Notes: generated by a model from the sequence alone, not told the origin. Numbered from the stretch's first letter, positions 49,508-58,867 are shown. The stretch is DNA of 64,000 nt from an uncultured Gammaproteobacteria bacterium (GCA_964627055.1 CAZVGV010000002.1:19802-83801); one strand, 5' to 3'. A program made the numbers and translations.

Positions 49508-50731
49508 TTAGCCACTGATTTCGCTTGTTTTCGCTGAAATTGAAGCTTTTTTGGTGTTCTGAAGAACGATTCCTGCGAGTGCTACGTACCGTTTGTTCAG
49601 TGTCTGCGCGAGTGTATCCCAGTCATAACGCAGTGCAATACGCTGGCGGGCATATGCTGCACCCAGTGCCACCCATGCCGGCTCAGTCACTGCACGAATA
49701 ATCCGATCAGCCAGGACGCCCTTTGCGCCAACTGGGTACTGCCACGCAAGATCACCCATGGCTTCACGATGCGGAATAATGTCACTCACAATAACCGGCA
49801 CACCATATGCCATGAGCTCCAATACACTCATCGGCAATCCTTCAGAGTGTGAGGCGTGCACACCCACATATGCGTTGCGCAATAATGCAGCAAGCGTGAG
49901 ACCGCTCTGATACCCTGTAAAGACGATATCCTCGTGACCACGCGCTCGTTCACGTAACGATGCAACGTATTCTTCTGTATAACTCCCATCACCAACAATC
50001 ACGAGTCGCATATCTGCCATACGTGGGTCCAGACTGAGACTCTTCGCAATAATGAATCCATCGATCACATCATGCACTGCTTTGTGCGCGATGAGGCGTG
50101 TTACCACTGCGATATACTTCTTCGGTTCAAGGTTCCACGGTGCAATCAATGCACGCTCCACTGCAGGTACAGAAGGCCATGGCTGCGACGCACCATTGGG
50201 AAGATAGGTTGCAGTCTCGTTGTACGAACGCTTGATATACGTTCGGATCATGTGTGAGCTCGCAAGCACTTCGTGCGCTGCCTTCACAGATACCCACTCA
50301 CCCAAATGCAACATCGTTCGTGCGAACCATCCCCACTTCGTGTGTTCACGATCAATGGACTGGAAGCTCACCATGACCACAGCACTTGGACGGAAAATGC
50401 GCGGCAAGAACGACAAGAGTGACGGACCAACACCATGGAAATGGTATACATCAAATCCCTGCCACAGCGCATGCACGGTCGAGAAGAACGTGTGGGTGAT
50501 CGCATCCAAATGCTTGGTGCGAATTGTCGGCGTGATCTGGATGCGCATCCCCTTGTAGGTACGCTTACGCATGCGGGTATACCATGCACGGCTATACACC
50601 GTTACCTGGTGTCCCATTTCTGCAAGGCGAGAACCCAACTCATCTACCGAACGTTCGATACCGCCAAAAATCGCAGGCACGCCCTTGGCCCCGATCATCG
50701 CAATCTTCAGTTGATTAGCGGTATTTTTCAT
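49508..50731 (-). CDS. Glycosyltransferase (GT4 with DUF1972-like N-domain)
   Basis: KIAMIGAKGVPAIFGGIE is a DUF1972-type N-terminus, and HSEGLPMSVLELMAYGVPVIVSD is an EX7E region. Confidence 0.75.
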   Translation of the reverse strand: MKNTANQLKIAMIGAKGVPAIFGGIERSVDELGSRLAEMGHQVTVYSRAWYTRMRKRTYKGMRIQITPTIRTKHLDAITHTFFSTVHALWQGFDVYHFHGVGPSLLSFLPRIFRPSAVVMVSFQSIDREHTKWGWFARTMLHLGEWVSVKAAHEVLASSHMIRTYIKRSYNETATYLPNGASQPWPSVPAVERALIAPWNLEPKKYIAVVTRLIAHKAVHDVIDGFIIAKSLSLDPRMADMRLVIVGDGSYTEEYVASLRERARGHEDIVFTGYQSGLTLAALLRNAYVGVHASHSEGLPMSVLELMAYGVPVIVSDIIPHREAMGDLAWQYPVGAKGVLADRIIRAVTEPAWVALGAAYARQRIALRYDWDTLAQTLNKRYVALAGIVLQNTKKASISAKTSEISG

Positions 50732-50871
50732 ACGAAATTAACCGCGATTTATACCATATTTACATCGCTTTGTCAAGCGACAACCCTGTGGAAAAACGCT
50801 AAATTAAAAGAAAAACGCCGCATAAACGGCTAAAATAAGCACAGGAAACAGATTGTGGATAAGTCCGTATT

Positions 50872-52041
50872 TTAGCGATTTTTCATCGCTTGATGATACG
50901 CATGAAGAAGCCGCTCATAATGAACCGCTGGCTCGTGGTAGAGAGCCACCCAGCTGCGAGCCTCCTCTCCAAGTGCCTGCACCTGTCGAGGATGCAACTC
51001 TTGTACGTGGCGTAGCGCCGCTGCCCAGGCTTCTGGCGTCTGCTCTTTTACGAGAAACCCAGTAATACCATGCCGAATTTGTTCTGGAATACCGCCCAGA
51101 CGCGACGCGACAACTACCTTCCCCATTGCCTGTGCCTCGAGCACTGCAAACGGGTAATTCTCTGGCCACTGTGAAGGCACTACAACACTACTGCACCGCC
51201 GCATCTCTTCACGAAGTGCTGTCTTGCTCAAATGACCTGTGAAAATAACTCGATCTTCCAGTTCGTGTTCGCGAACATAGGAACGCAGCGAACCTTCCAA
51301 CGGCCCAGTGCCAGCGATATACAATTGTTGCCCAGGAATCTGCGCCACGGCGTGCACCACCATTGCCACCCCCTTCTCATGCGAGAGCCTACCCGCATAC
51401 AACACCGAGCCGTCACCTCCAGGAGCAAATGGAATAGCAGCCACATCAACAACATACGGAAACAATTCAAACCGATCACGCGGCCACCCTGCTGCCACAC
51501 AGTACTCACGCATGAACTTGCTTGGTGTATGAAAGAGCGCGACACCACGTGCATACGATCGTGCGATCTGATGCACTACACGCTCTACAGCCCCGCCAAC
51601 TTTTTCTGTGAACGTCCGCGGAATCACAAGTGCATAGTTGGCATCTACCAACTTGTAGTCATGAAGCGTCATGAGTACAGGGATCTTGTGGCGACGCAAC
51701 ACGTGCAAAATCGCTGGCGTAAGATGGTGATAGATATTATGGACATGTGCGATATCAAATGGTCCTTCCTGAACCAGGAGCGCTTCGAGTCTGCGCGCTG
51801 CATCTCGATCCCAAATCACACGTGCTGCATCTCGAACATTCCGCATGAAGGTCCTCCCGGTACGCAAATCAAGCTCAGGCACAAAAAAATCTGCATACGG
51901 GGACGGCAAATTCTGCGCATGATGCATGGAAAAAGGAACGACGGTGTGCCCGTACGATTCCATGAGTGCGATCGCATCAAGAAAATACGTGCTCGCACCA
52001 TCTCGGTAATAAAATGTTTTGTGAATCGCAAGAATTTTCAT
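50872..52041 (-). CDS. Glycosyltransferase family 4
   Basis: A GT-B fold, with PSQWPENYPFAVLEAQAMGKVVVASRLGG as the EX7E region. Confidence 0.75.
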   Translation of the reverse strand: MKILAIHKTFYYRDGASTYFLDAIALMESYGHTVVPFSMHHAQNLPSPYADFFVPELDLRTGRTFMRNVRDAARVIWDRDAARRLEALLVQEGPFDIAHVHNIYHHLTPAILHVLRRHKIPVLMTLHDYKLVDANYALVIPRTFTEKVGGAVERVVHQIARSYARGVALFHTPSKFMREYCVAAGWPRDRFELFPYVVDVAAIPFAPGGDGSVLYAGRLSHEKGVAMVVHAVAQIPGQQLYIAGTGPLEGSLRSYVREHELEDRVIFTGHLSKTALREEMRRCSSVVVPSQWPENYPFAVLEAQAMGKVVVASRLGGIPEQIRHGITGFLVKEQTPEAWAAALRHVQELHPRQVQALGEEARSWVALYHEPAVHYERLLHAYHQAMKNR

Positions 52042-53132
52042 ACGCGTTCGCGCGCGAGCAGACGCAGATAGAGCGTCTCGTATTCTCGCACCATATCCTG
52101 AATGCGGAAGTGAAGCAACGCATATGTACGTGCCGCAGCTGCATGATGACGAAGAAGCACATGATCCTCACACGCAAGATCGATCGCTGCCGCAAACGCT
52201 TGGGTGTTCGTGCTATCCACGAGCATTCCTGTCTCACCATCAATGATCAATTCTGCAATACCCCCTGCCCTACTCGCAATCACCGGCCTTCCTGCTGTCA
52301 TGGCTTCCATAACAACTAACCCCAATCCTTCCCACCGAGATGCCAGTACAAAGACGTCATGAGCCTCAAGCACTTCAGGAACCGCGTCTGTTGTACCATA
52401 GTACTGCACTCGATCAGCGATACCCAGTTCTCCAGCCAGTGATTCAAGTGCAGACAACTCCGATCCCGCACCTACGATTGTAAGTGTCCAAGGATTTCGC
52501 ACTCGCGCACACGCACGTAACAACAAATCAAATCCTTTCTGATGTTCTAACCTGCCAATACTAAGCAACCGCAGTGGCGAACGTAATAACGGAGCTGGCA
52601 ACCGCGAGAATCGATCCACATCAATACGATTGAGTATTACGGAAAGCTTGGACGAAGCCACGCCCTCCACCCGCGTCGCGTACTCCGCAACTGATGCAGA
52701 GACCGCAATAATACGATCAGAGATACGTGACAACAATCGCTTCACCCAATGCTTCCACTGCGGCTCGTCATACCACTGATTGTGTTCAGTAGAAATAATG
52801 AGCGGCACGCCGGCCAGCCATGCTGCAACCTTGCCATACACATCAGCGCCAAAGAGATGCGTATGCACAATCGCCGGCTTCTCTCGACGCAACCACTGCA
52901 TGAGACGCCACACATACGCCGGACTCCATCGTCCATGCGCCGTCATCGGCACCACACGCACGCCGTGCGATTGAATCACGTCCACGAGTGGTCCAAGTGC
53001 TACGGTTGCAACGACGGTCATATCGAACTTCTCCCGGTCGTGATACCGAGCGATCTCTGCAAGCAGTCGTTCCGCGCCGCCGTACTGCAGCGTCGGGATT
53101 AGATGAATGACTTTGATTCTCGGTACTTCCAT
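52038..53132 (-). CDS. Glycosyltransferase family 4
   Basis: An N-terminal VIHLIPTLQYGGAERLL and an EX7E region WEGLGLVVMEAMTAGRPVIASRAGG are present. I prefer the internal start MEVPRIKV at 53132; the track ORF extends to 53336. Confidence 0.75.
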   Translation of the reverse strand: MEVPRIKVIHLIPTLQYGGAERLLAEIARYHDREKFDMTVVATVALGPLVDVIQSHGVRVVPMTAHGRWSPAYVWRLMQWLRREKPAIVHTHLFGADVYGKVAAWLAGVPLIISTEHNQWYDEPQWKHWVKRLLSRISDRIIAVSASVAEYATRVEGVASSKLSVILNRIDVDRFSRLPAPLLRSPLRLLSIGRLEHQKGFDLLLRACARVRNPWTLTIVGAGSELSALESLAGELGIADRVQYYGTTDAVPEVLEAHDVFVLASRWEGLGLVVMEAMTAGRPVIASRAGGIAELIIDGETGMLVDSTNTQAFAAAIDLACEDHVLLRHHAAAARTYALLHFRIQDMVREYETLYLRLLARERV

Positions 53133-54583
53133 ACCACAATATTCGTGCCAATGAGCAAAAGCCCAATTGGCAACCACATCTTGCCAGAGTAATACGACGT
53201 GTTGAACACCTGATACACCACGGCACCAAATGCTGCAACGAAGAGCGCTACGACGAGCGGGTACTCCGCAAGTCCACGCGCACGTCGTACACCATGCCAA
53301 CCGTAGAGCAACAACGTCGTCAGCAATACCACCCACGTCACAAGCCCTATAAGCCCACCTTCTGCAAGAATTTTTTGGAACATTCCATGCGCGTCAAGCG
53401 GGTCACCATACTCAATCACATACACTCGTGTATCTGCCACAATGGACAAGAACGTCCCTGGACCCTGGCCCAACCACGGACTACTCCGGAAGTACTCCCA
53501 CGAAATGCGCGCAAGATCAATACGAGTGTCATTGCTTCCTGCAACCAATGAACTGGTACTAATCGCCGTCATGTAGACAAGTACCGGCAGTAACAATGAC
53601 AATCCCAGTTTCAAAATATGCGAGCGGAATCGCGCGATCGGCAATCGTCGAATCGAATCGCGCATGAGCCACAATGTCAGTGCACATTGCACGAACAACA
53701 CGATCCACGCACTGCGTGCAAAGGTCAACACGGTTGCCACAAGTACCAGTACATTCCCTACAAATAACCAACGACGTACCGCTGGACGAACCTCCTCATG
53801 CAACAAATACGCACCAATGGGCAAGATCACCACAAGCACTTCGGCCAACAAATTATGGTTATACCCAAACGGTGCCCAACCCGCGATAGCAAATGGTGTT
53901 ACACGAGACCAACCACCCTGTGCTGCACCCAAAAGAAGTGACACAAGTCCCATCACAGCACCGCCAACACCCACGGCATACATCCACCGCAACACCCGAT
54001 CCAGTGCCTCGCGTGTACGTACAATTGTGAATGGCAGCCACACCCACACGAGATACATGAAGAGCAGTGGTCGTGCTACATACTTGAGCCCAATCCCCAA
54101 CGCACCTTCACGCGTTGCAAATGCAACGGACAATACTTGCACGAACAAAAACAACCAGAACACTACGCTATGTGGCGCCAACCGCGGTCGCTCTTCACGT
54201 CCAGGGATTCCCCACAATGCGAAGAGACGTACCCCATACGCCACCAGCAGCACCAAAGCAAAAAAATCCGCCGCGGGTGCGTCAATCGTATTCAACACCG
54301 GAATATGTCGAGACCAGTCATATGCACCGAAGTTAATCACCCATCCACTCATCGGCATCACCGCTGCCAACACACACATTCCTGCCACCGGATAGAATGC
54401 AAGACCAGTAATCACTGCCGCTGCAACCAGCACCACCAGCGGTAACGATCCTGGTGTAATCGGTTCAAGCACTGCCACGCCCACAAGTGCAACAAAAAAA
54501 ACGAACATAGTTCGTCGCTCTACGAATGCTTCGGTGACAGAACGAGTAATGCGCAGCGCGTGCATATGTCGTAAGTATACCAC
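53099..54583 (-). CDS. O-antigen ligase/polymerase (Wzy_C) family membrane protein without TPR
   Basis: About 12 TM helices with a Wzy_C-like periplasmic loop. The first codon at 54583 is GTG. An ATG at 54565 is preceded by TGGTATACT with an 8-nt gap, a leaderless arrangement. Confidence 0.65.
   Translation of the reverse strand: MVYLRHMHALRITRSVTEAFVERRTMFVFFVALVGVAVLEPITPGSLPLVVLVAAAVITGLAFYPVAGMCVLAAVMPMSGWVINFGAYDWSRHIPVLNTIDAPAADFFALVLLVAYGVRLFALWGIPGREERPRLAPHSVVFWLFLFVQVLSVAFATREGALGIGLKYVARPLLFMYLVWVWLPFTIVRTREALDRVLRWMYAVGVGGAVMGLVSLLLGAAQGGWSRVTPFAIAGWAPFGYNHNLLAEVLVVILPIGAYLLHEEVRPAVRRWLFVGNVLVLVATVLTFARSAWIVLFVQCALTLWLMRDSIRRLPIARFRSHILKLGLSLLLPVLVYMTAISTSSLVAGSNDTRIDLARISWEYFRSSPWLGQGPGTFLSIVADTRVYVIEYGDPLDAHGMFQKILAEGGLIGLVTWVVLLTTLLLYGWHGVRRARGLAEYPLVVALFVAAFGAVVYQVFNTSYYSGKMWLPIGLLLIGTNIVVWKYRESKSFI
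54574..54582 (-). promoter_or_regulatory. TGGTATACT extended -10 element 8 nt upstream of an in-frame ATG (54565) of the Wzy_C gene
   Basis: The minus strand reads gTGGTATACTtacgacatATG. Confidence 0.35.
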
Positions 54584-54755
54584 ACACTATCACCGCTGAA
54601 TGAGCACCATATAAAAATCGAAAAGCCGGCGAGCGAACCACAGAGTATCTGTAGTCACACTCACCGGCCTGTCGGTCGGTCGCCTCACACCGGAGGCGGG
54701 TTGTGCGCGCTATCGGTTGCGCGCGTGATTATTGATCCGACTTCCGAACTTCCGA

Positions 54756-56333
54756 TCAGTTCGGGATCCAGACACGACCGTTGCAGCCCGTCGCCTTGTT
54801 GGAGACGAGCGTCACTGGGAGCTTCGCCCCATCCACCCAGACCTCCCATGAAACACCCGTGGAGAAGCCGGTGGGGCTGTCACACCAATCCGAGTTCGCC
54901 CCCTCGAACGTGAGGTTGAACAACGGGTTGAAGAACAGCCAGGAGCCCTTGGGGATGAAGAACGTCTCCGTGAGCTGGCTCGGGTTGGGATTCCCGTTCC
55001 ACTTGGCGAACTCCTTCCACTCGGAGTAGTTGGAGCACCCCGTGGCAGACGTGCCATCCGAGGTCAGCGTCCCTCCCTTGCAGAACCACCCCATGAACGA
55101 GGCGTGGTACGTGTTGAAGGTCGGATACCACTTCACCATGACCTCCTTGTAGGGGCTCACCGGCACCGAGTCGTAGCAGATACCAGCCGAACAGGTCTGG
55201 TTCGCTGCACACTTGGCGACGCCGACGCACTGGCCGCCTGCGACGATCACGTCGCTCACGGTGCAGCTGTCGTTGTCGTTGCAGGAGTCGCCCACCTGCG
55301 GCGTGGTCTGGATGTTGGTGTGGACGCACTCGCCGCTCGCATTGCACGAGTCGGCGGTGGTCGACTTGCCGTCATCGCAGTTCTCCTCGTGGACGCAGCC
55401 GCCGGTGGTCTGCGAGCACCAGTCCGTCGTGCAGGACTTGCCGTCGCCGCACGCCTTCTCGGTGTTGACGCAACCCGTCGCCGCATTGCACGAGTCCGTG
55501 GTGCACGGATCCTCGTCGTTGCAGTTCTTGGTGCCGGTGCCCTTGCAGACACCGTCGAGCCACCGGTCAGCAGTCGTGCAGGCGTTGTTGTCATCGCAGC
55601 TCGTACCGTTCTCGGGGACGTCCACGATGCACTGCCCGCCCGCGCCGCACGAGGAGCCGCTCGCACAGTTCTCGACAGCCTTGCAGCCGCCGGTCACCGT
55701 GTTGCACGAGTCGGTGGTGCACTCCTTCCCGTCGTCGCACGTCTTCGTGACGTACGAGCAGCCCGTGGCTGCGTTGCACGAGTCGGTGGTGCAGGCGTTG
55801 CCGTCGTCGCAGTTGCCTGCGGTCGGCTTGTGCTTGCACACACCGTCCTCGATGACGTCGACGGTGCATGCGACGCTATCCTTGCACTCTGGCTGCTCCA
55901 CCACGTGGTGGCAGCCGGACTCCGGGTCGCAGTAGTCGGTGGTGTCTGCGTCGTTGTCGTCGCAGCTCACCTCCTTCCCCACGCATTCCCCGTCGTGCCA
56001 GCAGTCGCTGGCCGTGCACTGGTTGCCGTCGTCGCAAGGGTCACCCTCCTGCGGGCCCGTGGAGCTGTCGGTCTGAACCGTGTCCTCCTTGGGCGGCTGG
56101 TAGGTGTCCTCGGCGCCGTCGCTGCCGTCGTTCGCGTCCGTGGCGTCCGTGGCGTCCGACCCGTCGCTGCCGTTGTCCGGTGGCGGCTGGTAGGTGTCGT
56201 TCGGCGGCGGGTAGTACCCACCGCCGACGTCAGCGGCGTTGGGCTCAGCGCCCACGCAGCCGACCGTCAGGAACAGGAAACAAGTAACCATCGCGGTCTT
56301 CATGTCAGACTCCTCGGGGCAACAGCCCCTCAC
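54756..56333 (-). CDS. Secreted Cys-rich tandem-repeat lipoprotein (about 8 repeats of C-D-D-G-N-x-C-T-T-D-x-C-N-x-x-T-G-C) with a C-terminal roughly 170-aa globular domain
   Basis: The signal peptide carries a FLTVGC lipobox, followed by a D/G/S/P-rich linker. The repeats include CDDGNACTTDSCNAATGCSYVTKTC, CDDGKECTTDSCNTVTGGC, CNDEDPCTTDSCNAATGCVNTEKAC and CGDGKSCTTDWCSQTTGGC. The gene is about 68% GC. Confidence 0.6.
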   Translation of the reverse strand: MRGCCPEESDMKTAMVTCFLFLTVGCVGAEPNAADVGGGYYPPPNDTYQPPPDNGSDGSDATDATDANDGSDGAEDTYQPPKEDTVQTDSSTGPQEGDPCDDGNQCTASDCWHDGECVGKEVSCDDNDADTTDYCDPESGCHHVVEQPECKDSVACTVDVIEDGVCKHKPTAGNCDDGNACTTDSCNAATGCSYVTKTCDDGKECTTDSCNTVTGGCKAVENCASGSSCGAGGQCIVDVPENGTSCDDNNACTTADRWLDGVCKGTGTKNCNDEDPCTTDSCNAATGCVNTEKACGDGKSCTTDWCSQTTGGCVHEENCDDGKSTTADSCNASGECVHTNIQTTPQVGDSCNDNDSCTVSDVIVAGGQCVGVAKCAANQTCSAGICYDSVPVSPYKEVMVKWYPTFNTYHASFMGWFCKGGTLTSDGTSATGCSNYSEWKEFAKWNGNPNPSQLTETFFIPKGSWLFFNPLFNLTFEGANSDWCDSPTGFSTGVSWEVWVDGAKLPVTLVSNKATGCNGRVWIPN

Positions 56334-56516
56334 TCACTGGTAACTCGCATGATACACGCACCTTGCGCGCATCACGTTTGTTCGTTTTTCAATGAAACTT
56401 GGTCAGACTCACATCGCTGTGACGTCTTCCAGACGTCCGGCTCAAGGTGTGTCGCGAAGGAGGGTACGCTTCACACCGAACCGAACGACTGCAAAACATC
56501 ACGAAATGAACAGGAA

Positions 56517-56545
56517 AGAATACCATATTTAGCCCAATTTGTCAA
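56517..56545 (-). promoter_or_regulatory. Consensus sigma70-type promoter (TTGACA-N17-TATTCT) for the Cys-rich repeat gene
   Basis: The minus strand reads CTTGACAaattgggctaaatatggTATTCT. An upstream terminator hairpin (GAAGCCTCA..TGAGGCTTC followed by TTATTTT) precedes it. The predicted leader is about 175 nt. Confidence 0.5.
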
Positions 56546-56676
56546 GGGTAAAAAGTGCCTAAAATAACAGGAAGCCTCAAATACCGTATGGTACTGAGGC
56601 TTCGCAGTTGACGTAGCTTGTTAGGAGACACACCCAGGTGTACGCGGTACCTGGGGCGCTTCGGAGGTAGACCCTC

Positions 56677-57738
56677 CTAGAAGTGGCCGCCGAGGATCAG
56701 CGACCCACCGCCGGCGACGAACGCCTCGCTCTTCGTGGGAACCGCGTTCCCAACGAACCCCTCCGCACGGAGGAAGAATGCGAGGTGGTCGTCCGCCCCG
56801 TCGTCACCGAAGACATGCTCGTAGCCGAGCACTGCGGCGTGGAGCCAGAAGTCGGTGTAGCCGGGGTGGTGCGTCGAGATCCCGAGGTGCTGCCCGCCGA
56901 CGAAGAAGCGCTTGCTGCCTTCCCCGCGCAGGTAGACCCCGTAGCCACCACCGAAGTAGTAGCCGGCCGACGCCTCCGGATCCGACTCAGGAACCGTATC
57001 CGCCGAGCCCACGCCCGTGAGGAACGCCCCGTAGACCCCGAAGGTCTGCGTGATGTTCCACTCGATCGTGATCTCTGCCGAGAGGAAGAAGAGCGACTGC
57101 TCTCCCCCGCCGATCCCGGTGAACCCGAGCCCGACGCCGCCCTCGATCGGAGCGAACTCCAGACCTCGGGAAGCTGGCGTCGGACGACGCTCGAGTGCGG
57201 TGACCCGCCGCTCGACCTGGTCAAGGCGACCACCCGAGCCGTCGATCTTGTTGAGGCGCGTGTCGTGACCGATCACCGCCTCCTTGAGCGCCTCGATGTC
57301 CTGGTACATGCCGCTCTGAATGCAGCGGTCGAAGTCCCAGAACACCGTTACGCTCCGATCGTTGAGCTGCGTGTCGTACATGGACGGCGCGCAGTTGATG
57401 TGGAGGTGTCGCATGCCACGCCGCATCAACTCGTTCTTGACCGCGTTGCACCGGCGGTCGGCGAGGTTGGAGTTCTGCAGCTCATGCTGCGAACGAAACT
57501 CCTGAACATCCGCCGTGCCGACGAGGCGTACGGCGAGGCAGGTCCGCTCCCTGGCTGCTTGCGCGACCTGGTCTAGGACCCCCTTGGCCTCCGCCGTGAG
57601 GGGCGGCGCCGCCTTGCCCGTGGCGAAGGTCTTGACGACCCCCGCCAGCTCGTAACGGGAGGGCATCTCCTCCTGCGCCGAGGCGCTGAGGGCGGCGAAC
57701 ATGAAACAACAGAACACGAACCAGGCTACGGACTTCAT
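56677..57738 (-). CDS. Secreted protein with an OmpA-like peptidoglycan-binding motif, a coiled coil and a Gly-rich C-terminal half ending in Phe
   Basis: The signal peptide is MKSVAWFVFCCFMFAALSASA. LVGTADVQEFRSQHELQNSNLADRRCNAVKNELMRRG resembles the OmpA_C core (TD..G....N..LS.RRA.AV...L). The C-terminus ...SLILGGHF is weakly beta-barrel-like. The gene is about 68% GC. Confidence 0.5.
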   Translation of the reverse strand: MKSVAWFVFCCFMFAALSASAQEEMPSRYELAGVVKTFATGKAAPPLTAEAKGVLDQVAQAARERTCLAVRLVGTADVQEFRSQHELQNSNLADRRCNAVKNELMRRGMRHLHINCAPSMYDTQLNDRSVTVFWDFDRCIQSGMYQDIEALKEAVIGHDTRLNKIDGSGGRLDQVERRVTALERRPTPASRGLEFAPIEGGVGLGFTGIGGGEQSLFFLSAEITIEWNITQTFGVYGAFLTGVGSADTVPESDPEASAGYYFGGGYGVYLRGEGSKRFFVGGQHLGISTHHPGYTDFWLHAAVLGYEHVFGDDGADDHLAFFLRAEGFVGNAVPTKSEAFVAGGGSLILGGHF

Positions 57739-57900
57739 GAGATCCTCCTGACGCGCACCGCGCGTCAATCTAGGTTGTTGTAGAACAGCGCACTCCCGGA
57801 TTCGACCCTTGCGGATCGCGGTACCTGGGGAGCGGATTTGTACCCTGCGTTACTCACACCCATGTAGTATGGGTAACGCATGGAACAAATCGAACGTGTG

Positions 57901-57929
57901 ATACTAGCACCTCCAGCAATTTTTGTCAA
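57901..57929 (-). promoter_or_regulatory. Consensus sigma70-type promoter (TTGACA-N17-TAGTAT) for the OmpA-like gene
   Basis: The minus strand reads CCTTGACAaaaattgctggaggtgcTAGTAT. An upstream terminator hairpin (CAGAGAGGC..GCCTCTCT followed by TGTTTTTTAT) precedes it. The predicted leader is about 155 nt and ends in the hairpin GACGCGC-ggt-GCGCGTC next to AGGAGGA and the ATG. Confidence 0.5.
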
Positions 57930-58051
57930 GGGGGCAAACGCACTAAAATAAGATAAAAAACAGAAGAGAGGCCGCGTGTTTGCTGCCTCTCTGCCGTTTG
58001 TTTGCCCACCAGCGTCTCACACGAGGTGTGATCCGCTGGTGGGTTGTGGAG

Positions 58052-58867
58052 CTACCGGCCGCCGTTGTGGCCGGCCGCCCACGCGCCGCACTTCTGCTGG
58101 CACTGGGCCGACGCGGGGTCGACGCACAGCACGGCGCAGTTGGGCGCGGGCTCCTCGGACGCGGCGGCGGTCCGTGTCCCACCCCCGTTGCCAGAGGCGG
58201 GTGCACGGGCGGCGACCGCGCGGCGCTTGCTGCCCTGGGACTTCTTGCCCGGGGTGGCGGAGCGCTCGACCGCGGGCGATGCGGTGGCGACGGCGAGCGT
58301 GTTCTGGAGCCCGGCGAGCGCAAGCTTCACGTAGGACAGCTTGGTCTCGTCGTTGGTGACCAGCTTACGTTGCGCCGCTCGGGTGGCCTCTTGCAGGCGC
58401 ACCATTTCGAGCTGCGTGACGTCGACCTCCTCCGGGTCGAGCAGCGCCGAGTTGCCCGCATCATCCTCGAGAGCGATCGTCGCGCGGTACACCTGGTCGG
58501 CGTCCCACTCGTCGTCGATCGCGTCCTTCAGGTTGAGGCCTTCCTTGGCCTCGACCGGCGGGGTCGCGGCGGAGTCGGCGGCGACCGTGGTCCCCGCCAG
58601 CACCACGTCGACGAGTCGCGGATCGCGCGCGAGCTTGCGCAGCGCGGCCCGGGCCTGGACGAGAAGCGCCTCCTTGGCCTCTTCCTTCACCAACTGCCGG
58701 CGCATCTTCGCGCACTCCTTGGCGGTGGTGCAGGTCGGCTGCGGCTCCGGCGGGGCGGCGTGTGCAGCACGACACGGGTTCCAGAGCATCACGGCGACGA
58801 GCGCCGCGAAGAGCAGGAACATCTCGACCAGGAAACCGCGGCGGACACCATACACTTGGGTCTTCAT
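58052..58867 (-). CDS. Secreted hypothetical protein (Ala/Glu-rich, C-terminal Cys cluster)
   Basis: The signal peptide follows MKTQVYGVRRGFLVEMFLLFAALVAVMLW. The C-terminus NCAVLCVDPASAQCQQKCGAW holds the Cys cluster. The track ORF start at 59056 lies inside the promoter, so I use the ATG at 58867. The gene is about 68% GC. Confidence 0.45.
   Translation of the reverse strand: MKTQVYGVRRGFLVEMFLLFAALVAVMLWNPCRAAHAAPPEPQPTCTTAKECAKMRRQLVKEEAKEALLVQARAALRKLARDPRLVDVVLAGTTVAADSAATPPVEAKEGLNLKDAIDDEWDADQVYRATIALEDDAGNSALLDPEEVDVTQLEMVRLQEATRAAQRKLVTNDETKLSYVKLALAGLQNTLAVATASPAVERSATPGKKSQGSKRRAVAARAPASGNGGGTRTAAASEEPAPNCAVLCVDPASAQCQQKCGAWAAGHNGGR

Noticed and set aside
55104-56567. A long plus-strand ORF of 487 aa, with further plus-strand ORFs at 55213..55935 and 55868..56287, antisense to the Cys-rich repeat gene
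   Set aside because: They are Arg/Ala/Val-rich translations typical of antisense frames in high-GC DNA, with no motifs. The minus-strand ORF has a signal peptide, a regular Cys repeat and its own promoter.
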